Of a DNA stretch of 64,000 nt, positions 24,838 through 36,338 are shown in pieces. Made by a program: the position numbers and the translations under genes. The stretch is from positions 13,826,001-13,890,000 of the forward strand of contig JBHGNT010000009.1 of NCBI GenBank assembly GCA_043228905.1, given 5' to 3'. The DNA comes from Azolla caroliniana (lineage: Eukaryota > Plantae > Polypodiophyta). Numbering within the stretch: the stretch's first letter is position 1; every line of letters begins with the position of its first letter. A model generated the notes under the pieces. The model ran no database searches, was not told the DNA's origin, and saw only the letters and a list, made by a program, of their open reading frames with translations.

Positions 24838-27800
24838 TATTAGAAATATTGAGAATCGAGTAGATAGGTATATAGAGTTACAACTGCAGAGATGGATATA
24901 TGAAAACAGAATTTCTATTACATATGAGAGTAGTTCAAAATGGTAGTTTTCCCATGCGCTCACACCTTAGAGCTTAGATAGGATATGGACCGGCTCACTA
25001 CAAAATTAGTGGGGACAAATGATCAATCTCACCACTGTGTGAGAAAAGTGACTTATAATCTATGTTTGGTCTTAGTATAAATGTGCAAGTCAGTTGACAG
25101 TAGTGGAGATATTCCTTTTCTGTCAACTGACTTGTCATTTAATATGACCCAACTCCCTAGGTACAAGCTAGTGCTAGATAATACTTATCTTGAAGTCAAT
25201 GACGCATACTTCAAGACTAAGTACATCGTAACTTGCCCACAAAATATTCTAGCTGACTTGATTAGCCAATCCTTTTATCTATTTCTCTCTTTCCTAAATA
25301 TTTTGTGTCCTACGCATCTACGGTTTCCTAGATTAACACCTTATCGACCCATATGGTCGAGTTGCACACTAGCCGCTCCTCATTTGGGGCGCTATCACAA
25401 AATGTGCACTCTAAGAGCACATATGGGGATAGATTTACAACTTGGGGCTGATCATTGATTATATCTAACACGCCCCCTCAATGATCAACCCATTGAGTTC
25501 ACTTGGAATTGGGCCAACACCTAGTCGTCGAAGGTGTTGTTGCAACTGTTCTGCTCCAAGCGCCTTTGTGAAGATATCTGCAGCATTTTCTGATGTTGGA
25601 CAGTACTCAAGCTCCACAATCTCATCATTTATTAGCTCCCGCACATAGTGATACTGAATCTCTATGTGTTTAGTACGTGCATGAAATACGGGGTTCTTGG
25701 CAATGGCCATGCAACTCTGATTGTCACACCTCAATACCGTTGTCGTCCTTATTGGGACTGCCACATCCATAAGGATTCTTCTTAGCCAAACTACCTCGCA
25801 TGCCGCTATGCATGCTGCTTTGTATTCTGCCTCCGTTGAAGATAGTGCCACTGTTGGTTGTTTTTTACTACTCCATGAAACAGCTCCAGATCCTATTGAA
25901 AAACAATATCCAGAAACTGATTTTCTGGAATCACTATCTCCAGCCCAATCGGAGTCGCAATATCCACTAAGTTGGTCAATTTTTGGCTTGTAGAAGATTC
26001 CATAATTTAAAGTACCCACAATGTACTTTAATACACGTAGAGCAGCTTTCCAATGAGTCTCCTTCGGCTTGTTGCTGAATCGACTCACCACATTGACTGC
26101 AAAACAAATATCCGGCCTAGTGTTGCATAGGAAAATTAGACTTCCTACTAGTTGTCTATACTTCCTTATGTCAACCATTGGTGATGAGTCTTCTTGGGAT
26201 AGCTTGCAGTTTGACTCCATTGGAGTCGACTTCGACTTGCTGTCCATCATCCCGAAGGTCTTCAAGATCTCTGTTGCATACTTTCTTTGTGACATGAAGA
26301 TGCCGACCGAGGTTTGCCAAACCTCAATTCCAAGGAAGTAGTGTAGAATCCCCAAGTCTGTCATTTCAAACTCAGTTTTCAAACACTCTTGTGTTTGGCC
26401 AATGCACTCTTCATGGTCACCAGTAAGTACTAGATCATCCACGTAAATGATAATGATGACTTGTTTCCCGTCCTTCATTTTGACATACATACTTGCATCC
26501 GAAGCACATTGCTTAAAGTCGATTGATCGTAAGAAGCTGTCTATCCTCTTGTTCCAAGCTCTTGGTGCTTGCTTTAGACCATATAGTGCCTTCTTCAGCT
26601 TGCAAACTTTGTTTTCTGAATTCGGTATCTCAAACCCCGGTGGTTGTGTCACATATACCTCCTCCTTGAGATGCCCATTCAGAAATGCTGATTTGACATC
26701 CATTTGATAAATCGGCCATCCTCTTGAAGCAGCCAACGCTATGACCATTCGAATTGTTGTCATGCGAGCTGTCGGGGCAAATGTTTCTTGTACATCGAAC
26801 CCTTCAATTTGGGAGTATCCTTGCTCTACTAGCCTGGCCTTGAATTTCTCCAAAGAGCCATCAGCTTTATACTTTACTTTCCATACCCACTTCGTGCCTA
26901 TCACCTTCTTCTTTGTTGGCCTCTCTACCAACTCCCATGTGTCATTTTTCATGATGCTATCATATTCTGATATCATCGCCTCTTTCCACTTCGGGTCGGC
27001 CATAGCTTCCTCCACCGAGATCAGCTCACTCACTGAGCCTATGATGTCCACCATCAGAGCCATGTTGACAATGTGGTCAGAGGTTCTTCCTTGCTCCTGT
27101 ATTCTTCTTGATCTTCGTAATCCATCAGTTGAAGTTTCAGGAAACTCAACTTTAGGAGTATGATCATTGAAGAGTTGTTGAGCCCACTTAGGTATTTTCT
27201 TTACATGTGGGACTGGCATAGGCTGAACTAGTGAACCATTACCATCAGATGGTTCAGCTTCCTTTTTTGGATAATGGGTCGGGATTGGGTAAAATACTTC
27301 TTCAGTTGATGAGATAACTTGAGAATCGTTGTTCTCAGCTAGCTGTGGTTGTTCCTCATCGAACACCACATCGCGGCTTGTCAATATCTTTCTTGCCTCT
27401 GGATCGTAGAGTCGATAGGCCTTTGACTCTTCACTATATCCGAGAAAGATACACTTTTTGCTTTTAGCATCCAACTTCTTTCTGCTCACATCTGGAATAT
27501 GTGCGTAGCACATACACCCAAAGGTTCTGAAGTGCAGCACTGAAGGTTTCTTGCCTGAATAAGCTTCTTGGGGTGTTTTCCCTTGAAGTGCCTTCGTGTA
27601 GCTCCGATTGAGGATGTAAACTGCTGTGTTCACTGCTTCAGCCCAGAATGGGTCGGGCAGCGCTTGTGCCTTCAACATACACCTAGCCATCTCGACAACT
27701 GTTCGATTTCGACGTTCGACAACGCCATTTTGTTGTGGGGTGTAGGCAGTTGTAAGTTGGCGCTTAATTCCATGCTCTTTGCAATACTCACAGAATTCTA

Positions 27801-29561
27801 TTGATAAGAATTCTCCACCTCGATCAGAGCGTAGCTCCTTCACTAACTTTCCAGACTCTCGCTCGACAAACTTATGCCATCTTTTGAAGATTTTAAAAGC
27901 TTCAGCCTTCTCCCGAAGGAAGTAAACCCACATCTTTCTGCTGAAGTCGTCGACTATTAGCATATAGTAGAGAGATCCACCCATTGCAGGAGTCACCATT
28001 TTTCCAGAGAGGTCAATGTGTATTAGCTGTAGAGGAGTCTTTGCCCGATTTTGACTCTCTTTTGGAATGGCTGATCTTTGATGCTTGCCCATCATACAAG
28101 CATCACAAACATGACTTAAGTCAGATAGGGTTGGCAACCCAACTACCATATTCGACTTCTTCATCTCCTTCAACACAGCAACGTTGAGATGCCCAAATCT
28201 CTCATGCCATTGCTTTGTGTTGGTACTTGTGCTGTGGTCAGTAGAAATGGTAAACGCGCTCAGCTCATAGAGATTGTTGCGCCTCACCCCTATTCCTACA
28301 ACCTTGCCAGCAGAATCTGTTATTTCTGCACCCGACTTCTTGAATCGAACATCAAGACCCTTGTCAGTCAGTGCAGAAATGGACAGTAGATTCTTCTTCA
28401 GATCTGGCACGTACAACACTTGAGAGAGATGCTTTGTCCCACCGGTCGTTGCTTTGAGGGAGACGGTTCCGGTTCCTTTGGCCGGACATCGAGCATTGTT
28501 CCCGACCACAACATTGATGGGCTCTTGTAGAGGTGTCCAAGAACTGTACCAGTCACGATTACTGGTCATATGTCGGGATGCTCCACTATCGAGAATCCAA
28601 GACTCATCAACAACTTGAGTGTCAACTGAAGAACACACTTCTTCAGTTGCGACCCATAACTCAAGTTCATCTACGACATTGTTAGCGGACTCGGGCTCTC
28701 TCCAAGAAGTCTTATTAGAACCATTCTTCTCATCCGCCATCTTCTTTCGACAATCCTTGATTGTGTGACCTTTCTTGTCACAGTAGAAACACGATCCATT
28801 GAACTTCTTCTTCTTCGGTATCCTATTCGCATTGTTTGAATTGGATGCCCCTTCACCCTTAGTCCTAGAGACAAATGCTGAATCTTCCCTTTCTTCTCTT
28901 GTCTTCAGCCGAAGCTCCTCTTCAAGCAGCATTGCACTTAGTTCATCAAATTTTAAAGGAGTGGGTCGAACCTGAGTGTTCAATGCTGTCACAATGCCAT
29001 CATACTTGAAAGGAAGTACTCGAATGCACCGACGAGCCATATCCTCTTGAGAGACGACTACTCCAACAGCCGCCAGCTGATCTTGAAGATCCTTAATCCT
29101 TTTTACAAAGGATTCTACTTTCTCTCCATCAGCGAGCTTCTCTGTAGCAAGCTGATTTTCGAGGTTTTGTATCCTTGTATAGTTTCTGGTCTCATACTGG
29201 CTGGCCAATATGCTCCAAGCTTCATGTGCCCTAGTTGTATGTTGCACTAGTGTTAGTACGGAGTCACATACACCAGTGACTATGGTACATAGCGCATCAG
29301 CGTTCCTTCTCTTCCAGGCTCGAAGTAGATCAGCATTTGGAGGAATTGATGTGGTAGGGTGTGCAGGGTCAAAGGTTACCATGGGCTCAGGGTCTCCCCC
29401 TGTGGGTCCCATGATTGTTTCCAACAACTCGTAGGAATCCAAAATGGCAGACATTTTGAACTTCCATAGAGTGTAGTTGGTTCCATCTAGCTTTCCATCA
29501 GACAATGGAGTTGGGCGAATGCGCAATGGAGCAGCTGCAACATTCGTGGACAAGGCCATTG

Positions 29562-29606
<45 letters not shown>

Positions 29607-30309
29607 TTCTCTCTGTTGCTAGACAGCAACTACCCGTATATACCTAATCTAGATCAACCTCTTCGCTCTGATACCATATTAGAAATATTGAGAATCGAGT
29701 AGATAGGTATATAGAGTTACAACTGCAGAGATGGATATATGAAAACAGAATTTCTATTACATATGAGAGTAGTTCAAAATGGTAGTTTTCCCATGCGCTC
29801 ACACCTTAGAGCTTAGATAGGATATGGACCGGCTCACTACAAAATTAGTGGGGACAAATGATCAATCTCACCACTGTGTGAGAAAAGTGACTTATAATCT
29901 ATGTTTGGTCTTAGTATAAATGTGCAAGTCAGTTGACAGTAGTGGAGATATTCCTTTTCTGTCAACTGACTTGTCATTTAATATGACCCAACTCCCTAGG
30001 TACAAGCTAGTGCTAGATAATACTTATCTTGAAGTCAATGACGCATACTTCAAGACTAAGTACATCGTAACTTGCCCACAAAATATTCTAGCTGACTTGA
30101 TTAGCCAATCCTTTTATCTATTTCTCTCTTTCCTAAATATTTTGTGTCCTACGCATCTACGGTTTCCTAGATTAACACCTTATCGACCCATATGGTCGAG
30201 TTGCACACTAGCCGCTCCTCATTTGGGGCGCTATAACAAAATGTGCACTCTAAGAGCACATATGGGGATAGATTTACAACTTGGGGCTGATCATTGATTA
30301 TATCTAACA
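24838..30309 (-). mobile_element. Intact Ty1/copia LTR retrotransposon (633-bp LTRs 24838-25470 and 29677-30309; TSD AGAAG)
   Basis: LTRs nearly identical (one mismatch seen); PBS 29665-29676; PPT 25471-25480; AGAAG at 24833-24837 and 30310-30314. Confidence 0.98.
25465..29559 (-). CDS. Copia Gag-Pol polyprotein (1364 aa, uninterrupted)
   Basis: [14 protein letters not shown] knuckle, WILDSGAS protease, HHCC plus DDE integrase ([21 protein letters not shown]), YVDD RT, DSDWAG...ADIFTK RNase H. Confidence 0.96.
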   Translation of the reverse strand: MALSTNVAAAPLRIRPTPLSDGKLDGTNYTLWKFKMSAILDSYELLETIMGPTGGDPEPMVTFDPAHPTTSIPPNADLLRAWKRRNADALCTIVTGVCDSVLTLVQHTTRAHEAWSILASQYETRNYTRIQNLENQLATEKLADGEKVESFVKRIKDLQDQLAAVGVVVSQEDMARRCIRVLPFKYDGIVTALNTQVRPTPLKFDELSAMLLEEELRLKTREEREDSAFVSRTKGEGASNSNNANRIPKKKKFNGSCFYCDKKGHTIKDCRKKMADEKNGSNKTSWREPESANNVVDELELWVATEEVCSSVDTQVVDESWILDSGASRHMTSNRDWYSSWTPLQEPINVVVGNNARCPAKGTGTVSLKATTGGTKHLSQVLYVPDLKKNLLSISALTDKGLDVRFKKSGAEITDSAGKVVGIGVRRNNLYELSAFTISTDHSTSTNTKQWHERFGHLNVAVLKEMKKSNMVVGLPTLSDLSHVCDACMMGKHQRSAIPKESQNRAKTPLQLIHIDLSGKMVTPAMGGSLYYMLIVDDFSRKMWVYFLREKAEAFKIFKRWHKFVERESGKLVKELRSDRGGEFLSIEFCEYCKEHGIKRQLTTAYTPQQNGVVERRNRTVVEMARCMLKAQALPDPFWAEAVNTAVYILNRSYTKALQGKTPQEAYSGKKPSVLHFRTFGCMCYAHIPDVSRKKLDAKSKKCIFLGYSEESKAYRLYDPEARKILTSRDVVFDEEQPQLAENNDSQVISSTEEVFYPIPTHYPKKEAEPSDGNGSLVQPMPVPHVKKIPKWAQQLFNDHTPKVEFPETSTDGLRRSRRIQEQGRTSDHIVNMALMVDIIGSVSELISVEEAMADPKWKEAMISEYDSIMKNDTWELVERPTKKKVIGTKWVWKVKYKADGSLEKFKARLVEQGYSQIEGFDVQETFAPTARMTTIRMVIALAASRGWPIYQMDVKSAFLNGHLKEEVYVTQPPGFEIPNSENKVCKLKKALYGLKQAPRAWNKRIDSFLRSIDFKQCASDASMYVKMKDGKQVIIIIYVDDLVLTGDHEECIGQTQECLKTEFEMTDLGILHYFLGIEVWQTSVGIFMSQRKYATEILKTFGMMDSKSKSTPMESNCKLSQEDSSPMVDIRKYRQLVGSLIFLCNTRPDICFAVNVVSRFSNKPKETHWKAALRVLKYIVGTLNYGIFYKPKIDQLSGYCDSDWAGDSDSRKSVSGYCFSIGSGAVSWSSKKQPTVALSSTEAEYKAACIAACEVVWLRRILMDVAVPIRTTTVLRCDNQSCMAIAKNPVFHARTKHIEIQYHYVRELINDEIVELEYCPTSENAADIFTKALGAEQLQQHLRRLGVGPIPSELNGLIIEGAC

Positions 30310-30583
30310 AGAAGAACACAAAGAAGATTGTATATCAAAAAGACACCGAATTTTATTAAACTGTTTTTTATTAAACAAACATGATTTTATTAAGAAAGAA
30401 GAACAGAAAGAAGATTGTATATCAAAAAGAAAGACTCCCTAATGATTTTATTAACAAACAAGAACAGAAATAAAATTGTATATGAGAAAGAAGACAGTCT
30501 CCCAAATTATTTTATCAAACTGTTTTTTTGCAATACAACTACTTTGTCCACTTTATAAGAAAACTAGTATGATGTCCTTGTAG

Positions 30584-30946
30584 CTACAAATTCCATGGCA
30601 TACTATTGTAAATACATTCATACACATTAGCACTAACTATGTATAAACCTGAGCAGCTATTGTATTGCGACATCGGGACGTTGATGCACCTAACCAAATG
30701 AGAGTACATGTACACTATTGGTTTGTCTTCTAAAAGCCGATACACATAATCGTAATCATCTACTCTTGCATAAAAAATACCTTCGATGTAGAATGTCCCG
30801 GCAGATACAAAATTTTCCCAAGCATCTACAATATTCTACGTTGCACATTGTTTACAAACATTGCACAAATTCACGTTTGGGTTTAGGGTTAAGAAGAATA
30901 ACCATTGCCAATGTAACTTAAAACAGTGTTGGACAAACAAGGTATC
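30584..30946 (-). pseudogene. 3' part of the Sola2-like transposase (continues across the copia insertion; catalytic middle deleted)
   Basis: Removing the copia and one GTATC copy joins SNDKKHD|TLFVQHCFKLHWQW. The sequence then jumps to the C-terminal DAWENFVSAGTFYIEGIFY..YMYSHLV..MPWNL*. Confidence 0.65.
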
Positions 30947-33900
30947 TGTTGAACACAGTGCTCAGTCACAACCGAGGAATAGGATCAACTCACAGAAAAC
31001 AGGAAATACAAAGTGCACGAGGACAATAGAGAGAAGAGTACACAGGATGTTTTACGTGGAAAACCCTAAATGGGAAAAACCACGGGAGTCCTCAAACTCC
31101 AACTATCACTATAAACAGAGATGTACAATGGTGAAGCTACAAGGCAACAACCTTGAGCTCACTGTCTTCGCCACAGGCGGCGGTAATACACAGAGGCAAC
31201 GACCTCTTCGTCTCTCTCTCTCTCTCACTCTCTCTCTCGGCTGCTCTCACTTCGCTCCCTCTAAGTGAAAACAGAAAAATGAACAACAACATAAACTATT
31301 TGCCCTAAGTCATATTTATACACATATGACTTTCGGGCTATTTACAAATATAGCCTCAAGGGCCCTTGGTAAACATATTCACAAATATGTCCCCGCATCC
31401 GGATCTCTCTCCGGGTACATTCGTCATCCGGCTCCGTAGCCGGGGTCTTCATCATCCGGATCCGTAGCCGGGTACTCTTCATCCGGCTTCGTGTCGGGTA
31501 CTCTTCATCATCCGGTTCTGTAACCGCAACCGGGCTTGCCGTCATTCATCTCCGGACATCCCATCCGGAGGGACCGAAATCCTAACAAACTCCCCCTTCA
31601 CTTCGGCATGGGATGTCTCTCCAATCCGATCCTCTTCCGGCATGCTTCCAGCTTGTCGGGTGTGAGCACCTTGGTCAGCATATCCGACCCGTTCTCGTCC
31701 GTGTGGACCTTTGTCAGTACGAACTCCTTGTCTTCTAACCTTTCCCGAATCCAGTGGTATCTACGCTGGATGTGTTTCGTCCGGGAATGGTAGGCCGCGT
31801 TCTTCGCAAGGTGGATGGCACTCTGACTATCGCAGTAGAGCCGGTACTCCTCCTGCCGGATACCGAGCTCTCTAATGAAGTCCTTCATCCATATTATTTC
31901 CTTGCCGGCTTCAACAGCCGCCATGTACTCCGCCTCCGTAGTTGACAACGCAACCGTCTTCTGCAACCTCGACTGCCACGAAACGGCTCCCCCTGCATAT
32001 GTCATTACATACCCTGATGTAGACCGGTTGGTATCCGCATCAGCCGACATGTCCGAATCGGTAAATCCATCGAGTTCGGGCTTACCGGAGCCGAATCGGA
32101 GGCACATGTTCGAAGTGCCCTTTAAGTATCGGAGTATCCATTTGACCGCCTTCCAGTGCTCCTTGCCGGGATTACTCATATACGGGCTCACCACTCCGAC
32201 TGCGTATCCAATGTCCGGTCGGGTACACACCATCGCGTACATCAAGCTCCTGACGGCAGAGGCATATGGTATCTTCATCATATCCTCCTTTTCAACTTTT
32301 GTCTTGGGACTTTGCTTGCCAGATAACTTGCAGTTTGTCGTGAGGGTCGACCCGACCGGTCTTGCTTCCGACATGTTGAACCGGTGAAGCACCTTTGTCA
32401 CGTACTTCTCCTGTGACAGCCACAACTGCTTCTTCTTCCGGTCCCGGATGATGTGCATCCCTAGTATTTGCCTCGCCGGACCCAGGTCCTTCATTGAGAA
32501 AGTTCGGTGAAGCGCTTTCTTCAGCATCCGTATCTTGGCCTGGTCCCGTCCGACGATCAACATGTCGTCCACGTACAGGAGGAGTATTAGAAAGTCTCCT
32601 CCTTCGAACTTCTTCACAAACACGCAGTGATCGGACTGCGTGTGGTACCCTTCGTCGGTCATGAAAGAGTCGAACTTCCGGTACCACTGCCGGGGAGCCT
32701 GCTTCAGTCCGTAAAGGCTCTTCTTCAACCGGCATACCAGGTGCTCCTTCCCTTTCTTCTCGAATCCTTCCGGTTGCTGCATGTAGATCTCTTCTTCGAG
32801 GTCACCGTGAAGGAATGTCGTCTTCACGTCCATCTGTTCTACCTCGAGGTCCATGCTTGCCGCTATGCTCAGCACCGTCCGGATGGAGGTCATCTTCACT
32901 ACCGGGGCAAATATCTCGTCGAAGTCGACGCCCTTCTTCTGCTGGAACCCCTTCACCACGATCCTGGCTTTGTATCTCGGGGGGTTTCCGGCATCTCCCG
33001 GTTTCAGCTTGAACACCCACTTGTTTCGAAGTGCCCGCTTTCCTTTCGGCAACTCCACAAGTTCATATGTGTGGTTCTCATGCAGGGAATCCATCTCCTC
33101 CTGCATGGCACTTAACCACCTGCGGCTATGTGTGTCAAGCTTTGCTTCTTCAAAACTCTCCGGCTCCCCCTCGTCGGTTAGCAACACGTGCTCAGGTTCC
33201 GGAAATCTCCGGGGGGCCCTTCTCTCTCTTAGAGGATATCTCCGTTCCGGAGCTTCGGTAACTGGCTCCTCCGTTTCCTCTTCATCCGAATCCATTTCGG
33301 GATCGGGGCCGGTTCCGGTATCAGTTTCATCTTCCTCGGCCGGTTCTGTTTCTTCACCATCTTCGGCCGGATCCTCGAGTGCTAACCGGTCCCTTGCCGG
33401 TCGGGACTGCTCCTCGTAGAGTTGATTCTCACTAGTCGACTTGGAGTTCTTCAACTTCTTCTCCGACTCCCAGTCGGCGAGTGTCTTGTCCTCCATGAAG
33501 ATGATATCACGACTCCGGAATATCTTTTTGTCGACCGGGTCCCATACTCGGTAGCCGAACTCGTCATCGCCGTAACCGAGGAATATGCATGGCCGGGTCT
33601 TTGGATCTAGCTTTCCTCTCCGGTCCTTTGCCACATGCACATATGCGAGACACCCGAACACCTTCAGGTGCCGGTAGGATACCTCCCTACCGGTCCACAC
33701 TCTCTGCGGCGTGTCTCCGTCCAAAGGTACTGAGGGTGATCTGTTTATCACGTATGTCGCTGTCGACATTGCCTCAGCCCAAAACCCCTTGGGTAATTTC
33801 GCATGCGCAAGCATACTCTGGACCCTCTCCATTATGGTCCGGTTCATCCTCTCGGCCAGCCCGTTCAGTTCCGGCGTCTTCGGCACAGTAAACTCGAGCC

Positions 33901-36338
33901 GGATTCCCTTCGAGCGACAGTACTCCTCGAACTGCCCCCGGTATTCCCCTCCGTTATCCGCTCGTATCGCTTTCAGCTTCTTGCCGGATTCTCTTTCCAC
34001 TCTCGCGTGGAGTTCTTTGAAGACGGACAATACTTGGTCCTTTGTCTTCAACGGTGCCGTCCACAGCTTCCGGCTATGGTCGTCTATGAATGTTACGAAG
34101 TACTGGGCTCCACCATGTGACTTCGTTTCTACCTGACACACATCAGTGTGTACCAACTCCAATGGTACACTACGTCTCATCGGTGGTCTTGAGCGGAAGG
34201 AGGTCCGGTTTTGCTTACCGGCCAGACAGTCGGTACACTTCCCCAGTTGTACGTGCTTTACCGGTATCAGGTTGTCTTCGGCAAGCCTCTTCATCCCCTT
34301 CTCGCTCATGTGGCACAGTCTCTTGTGCCACAGCTCACCGGTAGTGTCAGCTGCCACGTTCAGCTCCTCCGGACATAGCCGGGAATTCATCAGGTACAGT
34401 GTGTTGACCTTCCGGGCCCGAGCCACTATCAGGCTCCCTTTGCTGAACTTCATGACACCGTTCCGGATGCTACCCGTGTAGCCTTCATCGTCTAGCCTCC
34501 CGGCCGAAATCAGGTTCAATCGAACCTCCGGAACGTGTCGAACATCCTTCAGCAGCATCTTGCATCCGGTTGATGTCATCAGCCACACGTCTCCTATGCC
34601 GGCAATCCGGCATGTACCTTCATTTCCCATCCGGACACAGCCGTGCTCACCGGCTGTGTAGGATGAGAAGTATTTCTTCTCCGGGGTCAGGTGGAACGAC
34701 GCTCCGGAATCGACCACCCAGGTCATCTCTTCACCGGCAAGGTTCAGCTCCCTCTCTTCGGTAATGAGCATTATCTCTTCTTCACTTGCCGCGAGTGCCG
34801 TCGTTCCTTTCCGGTCCTGCCCTCGCCGATCCGGACCTCTCCGGTCCGTGGCTCCCCGGTATGCACCGTTTCGCTCCGGTGACTTCTTCGAATCGGTACC
34901 GTCGGTTCCGTTGTCTTTCCGGAAATGCCGACAGTTCTTCTGGAAGTGCCCCAGCTTCCCACAGTAGAAGCATGTAGGTCTCCCCCTCGATTGCGACCGT
35001 GTCCCCGACTTCTCCCGTCTTTGCGGACTCCGGTTCCGTTGTCTTCCCCGTTCCGATTCGGTAAGCAGCGCCTTCGAGTCGGAGGTCGGTTCTTTATCTT
35101 TCCGACGCGCTTCTTCATTTAGAATACTTGTCTTTACCGTTAGTAAAGACAAGTTCTCTTCCTTACAGGAGGTGCTGAGAGCAACTACCAAGTTCTCCCA
35201 GCTCTCCGGAAGGGTACACATCAGCATGATGGCTTGCATTGCGTCATCCAACGGGAACTTGATCGCCGCAAGCTGGTTCACGAATCCCATGAACGTGCTG
35301 ACGTGTTCGACCATGCTCTCGCCGTCCCGGTACTTAAGATTCACTATCTTCCTCATCAGGGAGGTCCGGGTCAGAGCATTCTTCCTCTCATACAGTCCGG
35401 ACAGCTTCTGCCACATCTCATAGGCGTTCGTATCGTTCGCCACATGTTGCAGGACACTTACATCGACATATTGCCGGATCGTCGCTACGGCTTTCCGGTT
35501 CAGGAGCTTCCACTCCGACTCTATTACTCCCTTGGGTATCTCGGCATTGTCGATCGGTTCGTACAGGTCTCGGACGATGAGAAGGTCTTCCATCTTTATC
35601 TTCCAGTCGGCGTAGTTCTGTGAGTTCAACACCATCATGCCCGGAGGCCCACTACCGCCGCCTTCCATTTTCTGTGTTACCGTCGCTCTGATACCACTTT
35701 GTTGAACACAGTGCTCGGTCACAACCGAGGAATAGGATCAACTCACAGAAAACAGGAAATACAAAGTGCACGAGGACAATAGAGAGAAGAGTACACAGGA
35801 TGTTTTACGTGGAAAACCCTAAATGGGAAAAACCACGGGAGTCCTCAAACTCCAACTATCACTATAAACAGAGATGTACAATGGTGAAGCTACAAGGCAA
35901 CAACCTTGAGCTCACTGTCTTCGCCACAGGCAGCGGTAATACACAGAGGCAACGACCTCTTCGTCTCTCTCTCTCTCACTCTCTCTCTCGGCTGCTCTCA
36001 CTTCGCTCCCTCTAAGTGAAAACAGAAAAATGAACAACAACATAAACTATTTGCCCTAAGTCATATTTATACACATATGACTTTCGGGCTATTTACAAAT
36101 ATAGCCTCAAGGGCCCTTGGTAAACATATTCACAAATATGTCCCCGCATCCGGATCTCTCTCCGGGTACATTCGTCATCCGGCTCCGTAGCCGGGGTCTT
36201 CATCATCCGGATCCGTAGCCGGGTACTCTTCATCCGGCTTCGTGCCGGGTACTCTTCATCATCCGGTTCCGTAACCGCAACCGGGCTTGCCGTCATTCAT
36301 CTCCGGACATCCCATCGGGAGGGACCGAAATCCTAACA
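30947..36338 (-). mobile_element. Intact Ty1/copia (Tnt1/Tork-like) LTR retrotransposon (LTRs 30947-31587 and 35700-36338; TSD GTATC)
   Basis: TG...CA LTRs differing by about 5 substitutions and a 2-bp microsatellite indel; PBS 35685-35696; PPT ~31590-31598; GTATC at 30942-30946 and 36339-36343. Confidence 0.98.
31598..35668 (-). CDS. Copia Gag-Pol polyprotein (~1356 aa, uninterrupted)
   Basis: ATG at 35668 downstream of the PBS; CFYCGKLGHFQKNC, WVVDSGAS, VHTDV..RADNGGEY..AERMNRT, LYVDDM, TDSD..SDMLTK. Confidence 0.95.
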   Translation of the reverse strand: MEGGGSGPPGMMVLNSQNYADWKIKMEDLLIVRDLYEPIDNAEIPKGVIESEWKLLNRKAVATIRQYVDVSVLQHVANDTNAYEMWQKLSGLYERKNALTRTSLMRKIVNLKYRDGESMVEHVSTFMGFVNQLAAIKFPLDDAMQAIMLMCTLPESWENLVVALSTSCKEENLSLLTVKTSILNEEARRKDKEPTSDSKALLTESERGRQRNRSPQRREKSGTRSQSRGRPTCFYCGKLGHFQKNCRHFRKDNGTDGTDSKKSPERNGAYRGATDRRGPDRRGQDRKGTTALAASEEEIMLITEERELNLAGEEMTWVVDSGASFHLTPEKKYFSSYTAGEHGCVRMGNEGTCRIAGIGDVWLMTSTGCKMLLKDVRHVPEVRLNLISAGRLDDEGYTGSIRNGVMKFSKGSLIVARARKVNTLYLMNSRLCPEELNVAADTTGELWHKRLCHMSEKGMKRLAEDNLIPVKHVQLGKCTDCLAGKQNRTSFRSRPPMRRSVPLELVHTDVCQVETKSHGGAQYFVTFIDDHSRKLWTAPLKTKDQVLSVFKELHARVERESGKKLKAIRADNGGEYRGQFEEYCRSKGIRLEFTVPKTPELNGLAERMNRTIMERVQSMLAHAKLPKGFWAEAMSTATYVINRSPSVPLDGDTPQRVWTGREVSYRHLKVFGCLAYVHVAKDRRGKLDPKTRPCIFLGYGDDEFGYRVWDPVDKKIFRSRDIIFMEDKTLADWESEKKLKNSKSTSENQLYEEQSRPARDRLALEDPAEDGEETEPAEEDETDTGTGPDPEMDSDEEETEEPVTEAPERRYPLRERRAPRRFPEPEHVLLTDEGEPESFEEAKLDTHSRRWLSAMQEEMDSLHENHTYELVELPKGKRALRNKWVFKLKPGDAGNPPRYKARIVVKGFQQKKGVDFDEIFAPVVKMTSIRTVLSIAASMDLEVEQMDVKTTFLHGDLEEEIYMQQPEGFEKKGKEHLVCRLKKSLYGLKQAPRQWYRKFDSFMTDEGYHTQSDHCVFVKKFEGGDFLILLLYVDDMLIVGRDQAKIRMLKKALHRTFSMKDLGPARQILGMHIIRDRKKKQLWLSQEKYVTKVLHRFNMSEARPVGSTLTTNCKLSGKQSPKTKVEKEDMMKIPYASAVRSLMYAMVCTRPDIGYAVGVVSPYMSNPGKEHWKAVKWILRYLKGTSNMCLRFGSGKPELDGFTDSDMSADADTNRSTSGYVMTYAGGAVSWQSRLQKTVALSTTEAEYMAAVEAGKEIIWMKDFIRELGIRQEEYRLYCDSQSAIHLAKNAAYHSRTKHIQRRYHWIRERLEDKEFVLTKVHTDENGSDMLTKVLTPDKLEACRKRIGLERHPMPK

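Noticed and set aside
25081-25458. 125-aa ORF repeated at 29920-30297
   Set aside because: An antisense frame inside the two LTR copies with no recognisable domain.
31754-35623. Numerous plus-strand ORFs within the copia
   Set aside because: Shadow frames of a GC-rich Gag-Pol coding sequence.
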